Assembly: GCA_964252035.1 (NCBI GenBank)
Contig: OZ176211.1
Source: Podarcis erhardii
Taxonomy: Eukaryota
Reading direction: 5' to 3' (one strand)
Length of the DNA: 64,000 bases
Part shown: one piece after another, positions 52,069 through 64,000 of the stretch
How positions within the stretch are numbered: position 1 is the first letter of the stretch
Layout: each line of letters begins with the position of its first letter
Program-made: the position numbers and the translations under genes
Notes under the pieces: model-generated
Databases searched by the model: none
What the model saw: the letters and a program-made list of their open reading frames with translations, nothing else
Told to the model about the DNA's origin: nothing

Positions 52069-53078
52069 TATTGTATCAGTTATATTCAGATGTTAATCCA
52101 CCCTGGGACATTATGATGAAGGGTGGGCAAGAAATATAGTAGACAATGAACAACAAGGTTACCCGTAAGACCTCCTGTCCCTGTAAAGACCTGCAAGATC
52201 TGTAGAACATCTGGGGAAAGTTTATTCAGAATATAACAGGGTGGTAACTCAGCAAAGGGCCCCTTTCTGCCATTGCCCCTGCATTCCAGAATGCATTTTC
52301 CTCTGTCATACGTGAAGCATTATCCATCCTTTGCTTCAGACATCTTGTAAAGATGTATTCTTTTTGCCCAAGCTTTCCCTGACCAAAAGAATACACCCTG
52401 TTATTACTGTATTCCTGCTTTTATCTGTTTTCATAATATATTTTTCCTAGTTATTACAATCCCTTTTTACTGTTTTTATTACATTTTAAATTTTTATATT
52501 TCTGTACAGTTTGTTTACATATTAAGCAGTTCAGAAATGCTTTTAAATCAATCAATATTTATTCACACATCCCAGGGGTGTTCCAAAACAATTTGCAATA
52601 ATAAAAATACACAATCCACAATAAATTTAATAAGTCAATACAAATATGATATGCTTAAAAAAAGGTCATCAAAAAAAAAGGGGGAGGGGAGAAAGGATAA
52701 TCAAAAACAACACAAATTATCCATTCACTCCGTACAAGGTGAGCATCAGTTGTTGCCAAAAGCCCAAGCTGTCTAAGTGCCTGGGAGAATAAAAATGTGT
52801 TTGATGCTAGAATTTGTCTGATGCCATCCTTGCCACAACTTCGGGTTCACAACAGTTGGCAATGCCAGTCTGGCCAACTTCATTTCAACCTACTCATAAG
52901 GAAGCATACTCCAGGGGGCTGTCACAGCTGAATTATTTCAGAGAATGAATTCCATCTACTATTGGAACATTTTTCTACAGTGAATTTGAAGACTGAACAT
53001 TGACCTCATTAGAAACTGAATTTAGTATAACCAGCAACATACTTCTCCATTTTTCCTCAAACATGATCTCTTTCAGAA

Positions 53079-53166
53079 GTGTGCATGCACACGAAAGCTC
53101 ATACCAAGAACTAACTTAGTTGGTCTTTAAGGTGCTACTGGAAGGAATTTTTTTATTTTGTTTTGA
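53079..53166 (+). mobile_element. Short Penelope-like element fragment
   Basis: gtgtgcatgcacacgaaagctcatacc...gtctttaaggtgctactgg. 11-bp TSD CTCTTTCAGAA (53068-53078, 53167-53177). Confidence 0.8.
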
Positions 53167-55931
53167 CTCTTTCAGAATGTGAGCTTTGGAACTCTACATG
53201 CTTTTCATTTCAGTGCAACTACCTGAGGCCCCAGTAGGTCCTTTATCTGGCATTGCTGCTTTTTGTCTTCTCCAGAAATTGACTTTTGAAAAGAAGAGTT
53301 TATTTGGGAGGTGTGATGGGACAGCAGATTATCAAAACGCCCAAAACATTGCTGTTGGAGGCAACCTGGTACCCATCAGATCTTTTGGACAGCAATTCCC
53401 ATCAACCCCACCCAGCTTAGTCAATGATGAAGCTGTAGTTGAAAACATCTGGAGGGAACCATGGTAGAAAAGGCTAGTGTCTCCAAATAGGCATGAAAGT
53501 GCTTGAAGCTTTGCTCCAAAACTGCAGCAATGTGTACGATGCTAGGTGTTTTTTGAAATCTTCCTGTCATTGCTTCATCACTGTGGAGCTTACCTAAAGT
53601 AAGTGGTAGCATGTACAATAGGCAGCTTTCTCTAATAAAAGCCTCAGCTGGCCAAGTAACCTTCTCTGCACTTAAATTATCCACACATAACACAGCAAAG
53701 ATAAATACTTTCTTGTAATGAGTTGGGCATATTAGAAATGTATAGATGAAAGAATATTTCATCTATACATTAAGTAGGTCTTACTCAAAAGTGACTGAGT
53801 CTTCTTTCAAACACATAGAGTGAAGTTATTGGAGGCGTGAAAAGAGGAGAAGTTAGGGGACAGAGTTGACTTTAAAAATGCCTATGAGTCAACACCACTT
53901 GGGAGAATAAAAAAACACCTACACACCATGAATAAAACCAACTTGGATGAAAGAAAACAGCAGCTTTAACCTGCCTGATGGCTGACAATTTTGAGGGCTG
54001 AATGTTCTGTTTACATCTTCAATCCTCTTTGCAGTTACACACTTACTTGTCAAGAAAGGCCAATATTATAAGTAGTCAATTACACTGATATAATCCAGTG
54101 TGAGTTTCCAGCTGCATCAAAGATGGCAGTCAAAAGTTGCATCCTAGCATACCAAATTTGGAATTAATTAGGTATTAAAAAAATTAGAACCACCCTCCTC
54201 TCTCTCAAAGAAAACAGGATTTTTGGTTAGCAGTTCACTACAGCCAGAAAGCCACAATACAGGAAATATAAGCAGTCTTCAGTCATGGTAAAGCTCATGT
54301 TACAAGTGGGTGACATCACTGATGTTTCACTTCACAAGCCACAGCTGACCCATGTGGCTCAAATGAAAAGCAACTGTGCCAAAAGACTCTCTTATTGGTC
54401 TAGATGTGGCAAAACATTCTTGATAAATATGACATAAAACACTGCAACTCTTGTCTCCTTGGTGTAAGGCACATCTTATGTTGTAAGACTCCTCTTTATT
54501 TTGACTTCTCTGCCCTGATATATTACATAGTGTTTTAATGTGTTTGAGAGAGCCTGTTTTGCTTCCTGGAATTTCCAGATCTAGCAGGGAATCATGAAGT
54601 TACAACATATATTGAAGACATGGTTTTAATAGTAACATTTCACCATTCCTCTGCTATGCTAGAAATTACATCTACCACAATAGCAAATAATAATGATGAT
54701 AGATTTTTTAGTAATAATAATAATTACTACCATTATTATCTAACAGAATTATAGCAAAGAACAAGGCTATTTGATGCAGTCATCATATACTGCTGGTATT
54801 TCACAAAGAAGTCATGTATAATAGACATAAACAATTTCTCTGTGTTCTAAAAACTGTAGCTATGTACTCACTAAGAACAGAAGGGCCAACATGACTTTTA
54901 TCAATAAACTATTTGCACTGCTGTTACTTCTCCCTTCTCTTCCCTTTTGTTCTTTGCCTTGTGTTCAGCATTTCCTTGCCGCTTCCTTTTTCCAACAGTA
55001 AATCTATCCCTTCTTTTTATAAATTGTCCTTTGCCATCACAGTATTGAAGAAAGAAAATTCTACAGAACACAGTCTGCTTTTTACCTTCCATTGATATAG
55101 ATTTACTCCTTCATGTGGCATACTATGAGATTGCTGTATGTTTAGCACTTTAGTGGTTAGCCAAGCCAAGCTTAATTCACAGTCACTTCTAATGTGGTTG
55201 CAAGTGTCAATACAAGATGGTTCTGCTTCATACATTACACACAGTGGGTTTTTTTAATGAATAAGTATCTGTGTAAAGGCAGCTACTGCTGGGAAAAACT
55301 TGTGAGCTAATAGGTTCCCTTACACAGTAAATACTAGCCACCCCCATGTGTGGGAGTTGTGCTGAAACAATCAGAAGTGATGTGATAACTTCAGCATGCC
55401 GCAACCAAATGTGGGAATCTAGCTTCAGAGGCAAAAAAAAGAAAGAAGGGGGGAGGGATAGGTACAAGAAGAGGTATGTTTTACTCAGAGCAAACCTGTT
55501 GAAATTAATGGATTTAGTCATGTTACTTTTTACTCTGAGTAAAACCTAGCTGAATACCACCCATAGAATTATTGCCAGGATGAATGTACTATGGCGCACA
55601 CACCTGTCCCCCCCAAAAACACAGTTGCTATGGACCACTGAAGCATAGCTGGCAAATTTTGCCTGGCTGAAAAATTCAGTGGAAGAATAATTGTTGCTTA
55701 CAACAGCATTTCAAGTCAAGGAAACTGACAGACACTATTACTATTACTATCACTATCAGTTCAGAAGGAGATACTTTTCTACATCAATATCATACTAAAA
55801 GGTTCACAAATTGAAGTGAATGTTCTTCTACAACCCTTAAGCGCCCAAAGTGGATGATCACATCGAGACATAGCTAGCTTTTATATTAGTAAAGATTAAC
55901 TAATGCAATTGTTTAAAAGATTAAATTATAC

Positions 55932-56408
55932 AATTGGAGACCAGCCTCTACCAAAGGTGTCATGGACTTTGAATTACAGATAGGTAGCCGTGTTGGTCTG
56001 CCATAGTCAAAACAAAACAAATTCCTTCCAGTAGCACCTTAAAGACCAACTAAGTCAGTTCTTGGTATGAGCTTTCGTGTGCATGCACGAAGAAATCTGA
56101 AGAAGTGTGCATGCACATGAAAGCTCATACCAAGAACTGACTTAGTTGGTCTTTAAGGTGCTACTGGAAGGAATGGACTTTGAAGACGCTTGAACTCAGG
56201 CCGAAAGGGAGAAATGTGCTAAAAGGAAGGCACGCTTGGCAAACCCGCACCGTAATGAACTCTCGTCCGGAAACTTATGTTCCCACTGTGGAAGGACGTG
56301 TGGATCCGGAATTGGCCTCCATAGTCACTTATGGACTCACTGTTAAGACCATGTTTATGGAAGACAATCTTACTCAGCTACGAGTGATCGCCAAAGAAAA
56401 AGAAGAAA
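55932..56408 (+). mobile_element. RTE-clade LINE 3' fragment, split by the Penelope insert
   Basis: Rejoined frame WRPASTKGVMDFE|DA*TQAEREKCAKRKARL...CSHCGRTCGSGIGLHSHLWTHC* (C2H2 finger), with a (GAA)-like tail. Confidence 0.82.
55974..56172. mobile_element. Inverted (fold-back) Penelope-like insert with minimal hammerhead core
   Basis: 12-bp TSD ATGGACTTTGAA (55962-55973, 56173-56184). Arms 56021-56088 and 56107-56174 are complementary at 67/68 plus one G-T. CTGAAGA-A-GTGTGC/AT/GCACAT-GAAA-GC-TC at 56097-56126. Confidence 0.85.
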
Positions 56409-56469
56409 ATACTATGTTTGGTGCCCCTTTGCAGAATTGATAAAACAGTCAGACAAAAAGATTACATAC

Positions 56470-56511
56470 CATTTTCTTCAGGTTTCAAGTCTAATAAGTC
56501 ATCTATGGCTC
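56470..56511 (-). CDS. ICA1: ICA1 exon (42 nt, phase 1-1)
   Basis: tttttag|GAGCCATAG...GAAAATG|gtatgt. Encodes (G)AIDDLLDLKPEEN, equivalent to recalled human GPIDELLDMKSEE. Confidence 0.93.
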
Positions 56512-56711
56512 CTAAAAATGGCAAAACATAAGGGAAAGTTATTGAGCTGTAGGCTCTTATATGTACATTTCATGCTTGCAGTTATACGCTTGCAGTTTTC
56601 TTTGGGCAGCAATCATATGCAACTTGTCTGTCAGTAAGTCCCACTGAACTCAATGCAACTTACTTCTGAGCAGGCATGTATAGGGCTGCACTGCATGTCT
56701 AGGAGACATAC

Positions 56712-56774
56712 CTGAATTCTCTCTGTGGTTGAAGCTCTCCCCAAAAGTACTCAGGATGTCCTTAGTTTCTTCTG
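56712..56774 (-). CDS. ICA1: ICA1 exon (63 nt, phase 1-1)
   Basis: gttacag|CAGAAG...AATTCAG|gtatgt. Encodes (A)EETKDILSTFGESFNHRENS. Size, phase and position match the expected low-conservation exon. Confidence 0.85.
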
Positions 56775-56931
56775 CTGTAACCAAAATATTTTCTAGGTCA
56801 GAATCTAAAGTGCTTTAAACATGGAATGTGCTTCAAAGGTTTTCTAGTATGACACTCTTTGCACTGTTAACTTGCAGTTAGGATTTCACATTTAACCTGA
56901 AACTATCCCAGATAAATTATTTACCGGTGGT

Positions 56932-57061
56932 NNNNNNNNNNNNNNNNNNNNNNNNNNNNNNNNNNNNNNNNNNNNNNNNNNNNNNNNNNNNNNNNNNNNN
57001 NNNNNNNNNNNNNNNNNNNNNNNNNNNNNNNNNNNNNNNNNNNNNNNNNNNNNNNNNNNNN
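56932..57061. other. Assembly gap (130 N)
   Basis: Run of N inside an ICA1 intron. Confidence 1.
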
Positions 57062-58309
57062 CTGGGCACTCACAAAAACTATTTGTGGTTCTTAAAGGGT
57101 CTCCTTTAATTCAGTAGGTTGTATTAAACAGTAGTTATGCTTAGAATGAACCCATTGAAATCAGTTGACTTAAGTAGCTTGAGTTCATTCATTTCAATGG
57201 GTCAACTCTGAGCATGACTACCACTGAATATTACACAATATCTTTCCAAAGCAAAACTCGTTTCACAAAAACACCATGATCTAGGTCTAGTGTACCTAAT
57301 GGGTGCCACTTTAGGAAAGGCCACTGAATCAGTTCCAAATATGGTCGACCATTTACCAAGTTTAATCATTTAAGGAAGTGATAAATATCAGCATTCTAAT
57401 CTTCCTTATTTGGCCATCCTCCCAGCTAAGCTAATCACCAGCACAAGACAGAATGTTGTGCAATTAAGAACATACTGCCAATAACAGAGAAAGGGTTGGG
57501 TTCCTACTTCTGTTACCTACAGATAAAATCCCATTTTGTTCTTCAAAGTATATTTGATGATGTCAAAGTCTCCCCTCAATTTGCAGCTGCAGTGTGATTT
57601 TGATAGTGAGGTGCATCTGTTCCAGGTTAGGTAATTGGTTTACAATGAAATTATTTCAAAAATGCAGACCCCCCCCCCCGCCAGGCTGCCTACAATTAGA
57701 AATAGATTATGTTTTTGCTCCAGTTAATTATCCATAAATCCAGCTGAATTAAAATACTTTTGACGATGTTTGGTAACCTTGCTCTTAGGCCCTCACCTGG
57801 AACAAGTTAAAACCTCAACCAAACCCAGCTCCACCACACAAAAAGCAGGGAAGGTAAAAAAGTCTGGTGTGTTTGGAGAAGCACAGCAGAGAAATGCAAC
57901 TAATTTAGCAGTGGCCCCAATCTATTTTTTTCTGGAAAGAGGTGAGGTGTGATGGTACCACAATACAGGCAATAGCTCTAGCACAGTGAGTGCTGTATTA
58001 TAGAGAACAGGCTGGAGGTCACTCAAAGTTATGGCAGCAAGTAGAAGGATATGGAGGCCTACACTCCATGATATTGATTTTCCAAGGTGCCTTTAGAGTT
58101 GTTAAATAAAATCTCTATTCTTAGATCTCTGCTCTTAATTGATTTCATGTGCTTTGGATTTTTAGAGCTAGGATAAGAAAACCCTGACGGAGACAATGCT
58201 ATATACACTAAAGTAGTTTGCAGGAACAAACTGGCACATAGCATCTATTAGGATGAATGAGAGACTTTTAAGCAGGCTCAACGTTTGAAAGGCATAATAA
58301 AAGAAATAC

Positions 58310-58359
58310 CTGAGCTGGTTGATTCCTTGGTGTGACTGTCCTCATCTAACGAAATCAAC
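58310..58359 (-). CDS. ICA1: ICA1 exon (50 nt, phase 2-1)
   Basis: atttaag|GTTGATT...AGCTCAG|gtattt. Encodes (Q)LISLDEDSHTKESTSS, similar to recalled human QLISLEEENQRKESSS. Confidence 0.92.
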
Positions 58360-60889
58360 CTTAAATTGGAAGGTAAAAAAACAAGAACTTAGTTTATGCT
58401 GTGGTGTAGCATGCTATTGGGGGAAATAATGGCAAAAAGTTACAACTGTCTCTGCCCCCTCTCAGTTTTTACGCACCATGTCACGATACACTTAAATTCC
58501 AAGGTGTTTTCAGAAAACAAAAATATGTTGGCATTTCAGGCAGTAAAGGTACAGTGACAGGAGGATAATCCTTCTAAATGTAATGGTCAGTGCAGTGACT
58601 CAATCAAAATGAGTTGGGGACCCTGTCTAAATTACAATCTCCCCAACTCCCCTAACTCTCTTTGTTGCCCTGGTGATTTCACTTACAGCCGTATTCACTT
58701 CTTCTTCATTTTCTAACTAATGCAAAACAGCATTTTAAAGCAGTCTCACTGGAGGCTCTCACAAGCAAGGGAAGTCAGTGTGGTACCTTCCAGATGTTGG
58801 GCTCCAGATCAGGCTCAGCAGGCACAGCCAATGGTTAGGAACAATGGGTGCTGCTAACAACATCCAGGGGGCGCCATGTTGGCTATCCTTGCTTTTGAGA
58901 TTTAGAACTTGGTTTATTTTGTTTTCTTCTAAAGATTTAAAGAGAGCAGAAGATACTCAATGTTCCGTCTGGAGGACAAGAGGAACTACTCTCCCCAATA
59001 CGGTGTGGAGGGGCCAGCAGAACCACTGAATAAGCAAGAGGACTGATTACATGGCAACTGACGTATACTGGCTTGGCAGGGATCATTGCTATTACTCTGC
59101 CTGCTGTCACTCTGTGATTTTATCTGAACCATGAGCCCAGAGCTGAGGACATATCAGTTGCGTCTTTAGATATGCAAGAACACCACAGGCCAAGTCGAGT
59201 AGCAGAAGCTTTTAGAAATAAAGCTCTGGTGCAAAGCAGGACAGAACAGGGAAGAAGAAAAAGGAAGAACACAACATGAATTTCTGAGCCACTTATGCAG
59301 TCAGGCTGAAAAGGAAGTTAACATCCGTCAACTTATTTATGTGTTCTTTTTGGTGTTCCTCATGCCTGTTAGAAGTGCTTTGCTGACATGAAGTCTCTAT
59401 ATCTAGGAAGAGGCTCCATGTGGGAATTTTCTTCACAGCGGCCTTTCAGAATTTCTCGTATACTGTTAAGTAAGACATTTACATGAACTGTGAAGAAGAG
59501 TCTTAACCTGCTTCCCTTGGAACACAATAGGTGGAGTGAAAATGGCTATCTAGAAAAGTGACTCAGCAGTGGGTGTTCTTAAGCTTCCAAACCAGTAATG
59601 TAGAATCTGATGCCCTCCAGATGTTGTCAGACTCCCAACTTCCATCAGCCCTGGTCGGTGTGACGAAAGGTCAGGAAGAGTGGAAGCTGTGGTCCAAAAA
59701 CATATGGAAGGTCACAGGTTCCCACCCCTCATTTAAATATCCAAAATTAGAAAGACACAAAGCAAAATTATCTAATCTATGTCACACTGCTACTTAAAAA
59801 CATTTCCCCCACAAACAAAAAACATTTTGGAGAAACTAAAAAGCCAACGAAATGAGGTCTAATGACAAACACTGAAAGCTGCTCTTCAATGAATCAACAA
59901 CTAGCCTTCCCTTAACCTTGAATATTCTAAACAGCTGGCCGTGTGATTACAGCAAGGCTCATACCCTCCTCGCTGATTCTGGATGTTTCCATAGAAGGAG
60001 GATCACATCTCTTTCTCCTTTTCACATGTCCCCATCAGCCAAACTACCAAAGATTAAGATACAGCCTATCTGTATAGTGCCTCTTGACACCAGTAACTAG
60101 AATCCCACCAGGCTTAGTTCTCAGGGTATACTCTTACAGCGTACTTGCCGCTGTACTGGATCACTTGCCAAACCCTGTATAGATTACAAAAGCTAATCAG
60201 TGCTCAAAGTGAGCAATGGATATGTTCCAATTCATGTGTGCAATAGGAGCAGTGATGAGGAGGCAAAGTATAGAGAGAAATGTGCTTATATCTTCTGTAT
60301 GATATACCTAAGATGCTTATTACTTTGCTGACCCACAGTATGTCAGTGAGGAAGAGCAAAAAAGGGAAAGGGGCAGCATTCGGGAGCAAAGCCCAGGCAC
60401 AGCAGATAGGTGGACTAATGTAATGTAATTAATATCTATGCAATGTAACACTTTCCCTATGCAAAAGGGCATCTGTAGGGAAACTCATGAAACATGTGCA
60501 TGGAAGGCAAAAGTCAATGTGTATTTTGCATGCCTGCAAAATATTTTTCAAATGTGTTGTCTGCAGGGAAAAATATTACAAGGGGAAAGAAGAAAATAAG
60601 AAAGAGATTCAGCTAGGGGAACAAAAAGATCATAAAAAGGAATGGGTGTAGAAAGGTTCTTCCATTCACTTCAACCAGTTTTTGTGTGTTTTAAAATGAG
60701 AAGGTGATTTCCAGGCAAACTCAGAGAAGCTTCCACCTCCTTCCCACTGTCTTCTTTTTGGGATACTCATACACTTTGGGATTGGGGGGAAATATGCATT
60801 TTCCTAACTGTAGAGCTAAAAATAATCTGAAAGCCCATTGTCATCCACAGTATTATTTTCTTCCAACAGATTCTTATCATATGGCTTAC

Positions 60890-60987
60890 TGATTCTGCTG
60901 ATCATCTTCTAATCTGGCGTTCTCTAGCCGCAATTCCTCCTCTTTTTCTTCACTCTCCGTTAGTTTATTTACAGGCTCTTGTAAGCT
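60890..60987 (-). CDS. ICA1: ICA1 exon (98 nt, phase 0-2), most upstream ICA1 exon found in the window
   Basis: gacccag|AGCTTAC...GAATCA|gtaagc. Encodes SLQEPVNKLTESEEKEEELRLENARLEDDQQN, similar to recalled human SLQDPMKKLVEKEEK. Upstream AH/BAR-domain exons were not found in the window. Confidence 0.9.
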
Positions 60988-61842
60988 CTGGGTCACCCAC
61001 CAATCAATGTATGAAAAAGAATATAGAAAGACAACAAGAAGGAATCCTGAAAACTTATCCAAAGTTGCATTAAAACAGTTTCATAGTGATGGAAATTACT
61101 TTTATCTAAACAGGAAAAATGAGAGCTCCTGAAACATTAAGAGGCCAGCAATTAAAATTCAATGAAAAATAACTTTAATGGAAACAGAATGGAAAACAGG
61201 TAGGTAGTTCGATATATTTGATTCAAATGTAATAGAGATGATTTTCAAAAGAAAAGCTAAATATACACTGTGGCAAATAGGCAGAGATGACCCATCCTGC
61301 CTCATATGCATTAAAAAAATACTGTTAATATTAGGCAACAGAGGCAAAGGGCAGCTTTGATATACAAGGTTCTTACGAATAATCGGTAAAATACCACAAC
61401 AAGCTTTTTCTTGTCTTGTTCCCATCTGTGATTCAACTATGCTACACATGAGAAGACTACTATGTAGGAACATCAATGGTTTTCACTTGGGTATCATGTA
61501 TTTTGGGGGATCTTTGGGAAAATTAATAAATAAAGGGGGGGGGGGTGAGAAAAGAAATGGGCTCGACAACCTGGACAAAATGCTCTATGGGAGCCCACCT
61601 CCCAGACTGTGCATGTTCTCTGCCTCTCACACACATCCCTCCTCCCCCAACCTCCTTCCTTTCTGCTGCCTGATAAGTGAGCGAAAGAAGGGGCTCAAGG
61701 AACAAGATCCCCTTTCTTTACTTTGTAAATAGAAAGAAAAAAGGACCCATTTATCCCCTTCCTGGAGAGAGTTTGTGGACAAACTGGCCAACTTTCCCTT
61801 CTTTAGTTAAGTACGAGATAAAGAGACCTGGCTTACCATGCA

Positions 61843-61880
61843 GAAGGAAGGAAGGAAGGAAGGAAGGAAGGAAAGAAAGA
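61843..61880. repeat. (GAAG)n/(GAAA)n purine microsatellite
   Basis: Direct reading. Confidence 0.95.
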
Positions 61881-62729
61881 GAGGGTTGCTGTTGCTTTCA
61901 TCAAAACATTTTATGGAGGTTGTTGAGTTCCAGCATACCCACCAACCTTTGTGAAATAAAGCTGAAGAAAGCAACAGTGCTTGTTCTTTTCCACCTGCTC
62001 ATGCAATCTTCCATTTGGTTTTCTCCTTTTCTCCTCCTTTCAGGTCATGTGACAGTGGCAATAGTGACTCCTATGTTTTTCCTTTTCCAAAGGCAGAACA
62101 AAGCTCCAGACAGTTATGCCCATCACCTTAAATTCTCACAGTCCCTCATGAGCCCAGAGGCTCAGCACTTTGAGAAACCAAGGTGGTTCAGAAGGGTTGT
62201 TCCACATCATGCCCACTATTTTAAAAAATGGTGTGTGGGTGTGGGTGTGAAGGAATGAAAGGAGGTGAAGAAAAGATGTTTTGGGCAACTGTTGCTGATG
62301 GGCTGCAGTCATCTCCCCACCCTGGGGACATCAGGGCCATGGAGCTATGATGCATCGTTCAGTTCTAGTACCACCACTGAGTGAATTTTATTAAAGTGCA
62401 TGCCACAATTAGTTTGTTAGGCAGGAAATTCCTTTGGTGGCCTTGTGCTCATAAGAAGCACTTTTGATCCAGCAGAGGTCTCCATTAATGGAAGAAGAGG
62501 GGAAGGTGGGGTGTTTTTTGTTTGCCAGTTCATCCTTCCTCCTGAAGCATCTAGATGTTCTGAAGGGTCCCTCACTATCTGGATTCATTTTTTGTGATAC
62601 TGGATTCTACAGGGGTAAATTGGCAAAAATCGCCTCCCCTTTTCATCCGTTAGTAGAGGCATTCACAGGATCAAAAGCTCTTCCATGAGTGCAATGGCTC
62701 TAGCAGGATTCCTCCCATAGTCTTTAAGG

Positions 62730-62898
62730 CAGAGCTTTCCAAACTGTGTGTTGCAATACGTTAGTATGTCAGCTGCAGTGTGTACATGTGTTGCGTGATA
62801 AGTGTCTGTATTTCTTATAAGGGGTTAGTTTAATCTCTGGTTTGCTAGTAAAACTGAAAAACTGTGTTGCAGAATGATGCATGTCTAAAAAGTGTGTG
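62730..62898. mobile_element. hAT MITE relative of the 49466 element, right end lost
   Basis: cagagctttccaaactgtgtgt...gaatgatgcatgtctaaaaagtgtgt shared with the 49466 copy. Confidence 0.7.
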
Positions 62899-64000
62899 AT
62901 TTGATGAGTCTGATAATAGTACTTTAAAGATGTTTGACTAACATGTTGTCACCCTACCATGCACGAAGAATGTTATTTTATGCAAATACAAGTTACAAAC
63001 AGCAAAAACAAGATTTTTAAAATTAAATTATCTATCCATCTTTTGAAATACTAGGGCACACAATAAACCAGGTGGGGCACAATCAGATTTTCTTCACACA
63101 TTCTCAGATGATCTACCACAAGGTTCTTAATTCCAAACAGGGTGCCAAGTGGAGAATATTCCGTCTTATCTCCATTAGCTCCTGTGTTGGTCCCAAAGCT
63201 AAACAAACTGATTCACTAGTGGAGGTGTTGCAAAGTCCTGCCAATGTAATGCTGATCCAAAAACAGCTGTTCGTACTTAAGTTACCTCTGGTATTTTTAA
63301 GTGTTTTTAGTTAACAAACAGGCAATTTCATTTCTTCCTCCCATCACAATAAGCTTTTCTATAAATATTTACATGAATTAGAAGCCCAGGAGATGCATAT
63401 ATTCCTCAAGCAGGTGAATTAACAGAAGAGGCAACAGCAAAACACTTATTAAGGAACATTATTGCCTAGTTGAACCTTGATTTAAGCTTGCAAAAAAAGC
63501 AATTTATATAAGATGAATATTTTTTACACAATAATTATTTATACATAGTCTAGGCCCGGTCACCTTTAGAGACTAAGAAATTGCCTCCAGATGATTTATG
63601 AGAGTTGGTATAGGTTTTTTTTATGTGACAATGAGTAACAATGAGTGTGTAAAAGCAGGGTAGGAAACATTTATGTGAGCTACTAATTTTGTATATTTGA
63701 CATTTGAAACAGTCACTTGATCAAGATCGCCGACTGATTTTGAAAGAATATATTTCATTAAGGAATTTCTATGCTTTTCTTATATCTGGGGGTAGTGGCG
63801 TCACTGTGGTCTCCATCCAAGGCACTGAGTGTAGCAGAATATCCAAATGAACACAACCATAGTGTGACCTTATAACCCTTGATAGCTTCACCCTTGTCTT
63901 TTTAATTATTCCAGTTACCTGAAATGTTTTATACTGTGATGCCAATAAACGTATTTGATTGATTGACCCAGATACCAGTTACACCACTTAGATCAGTAAC

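Noticed and set aside
56932-57061. Gap possibly hiding an ICA1 exon
   Set aside because: The 50-nt and 63-nt exons join in phase, and the exon series matches the expected set without an extra exon.
58687-58716. 30-nt AG/GTAAGT-bounded segment between ICA1 exons
   Set aside because: In the required phase 2 it gives an immediate TAG. A poison-exon role cannot be supported without reads.
61677-62258. Longest ORF in the track (193 aa, + strand)
   Set aside because: It runs through a (GAAG)n microsatellite, is antisense within an ICA1 intron, and shows no recognisable domain or coding-like composition.

Overview
AT-rich vertebrate genomic DNA from a squamate. The Sauria SINE and the associated repeat families point to a lacertid lizard (inference). 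Two genes converge tail-to-tail, as I recall for human 7p21. On the + strand are GLCCI1 coding exons 2-8 (3914-30768; exon 1 lies upstream of the window) and a ~2.6 kb 3'UTR. On the - strand is the 3' part of ICA1: six coding exons matching the human set as I recall it, plus a candidate extra 96-nt in-frame exon (60987 down to the stop at 43634). All exons were placed by hand from GT-AG boundaries and reading phase, and most are absent from the supplied ORF track. Introns and the ~10 kb intergenic region carry L1-like, L2, CR1 and RTE LINE fragments, Sauria SINEs, a 5S-derived SINE, a solo-LTR-like insert, hAT and Tc1/mariner MITEs, Penelope-derived inserts, microsatellites and one 130-N gap. 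The most notable signals are the extra ICA1 exon, a TSD-flanked 68-bp fold-back Penelope insert holding a minimal hammerhead-ribozyme core, a young hAT MITE with telomeric hexamers, a promoter-like module in GLCCI1 intron 7, and a GRE-containing motif cluster downstream of GLCCI1. I found no intact rRNA/tRNA genes or CRISPR arrays and cannot claim a wholly new biological system. Homology statements rely on recalled sequences, not on searches.
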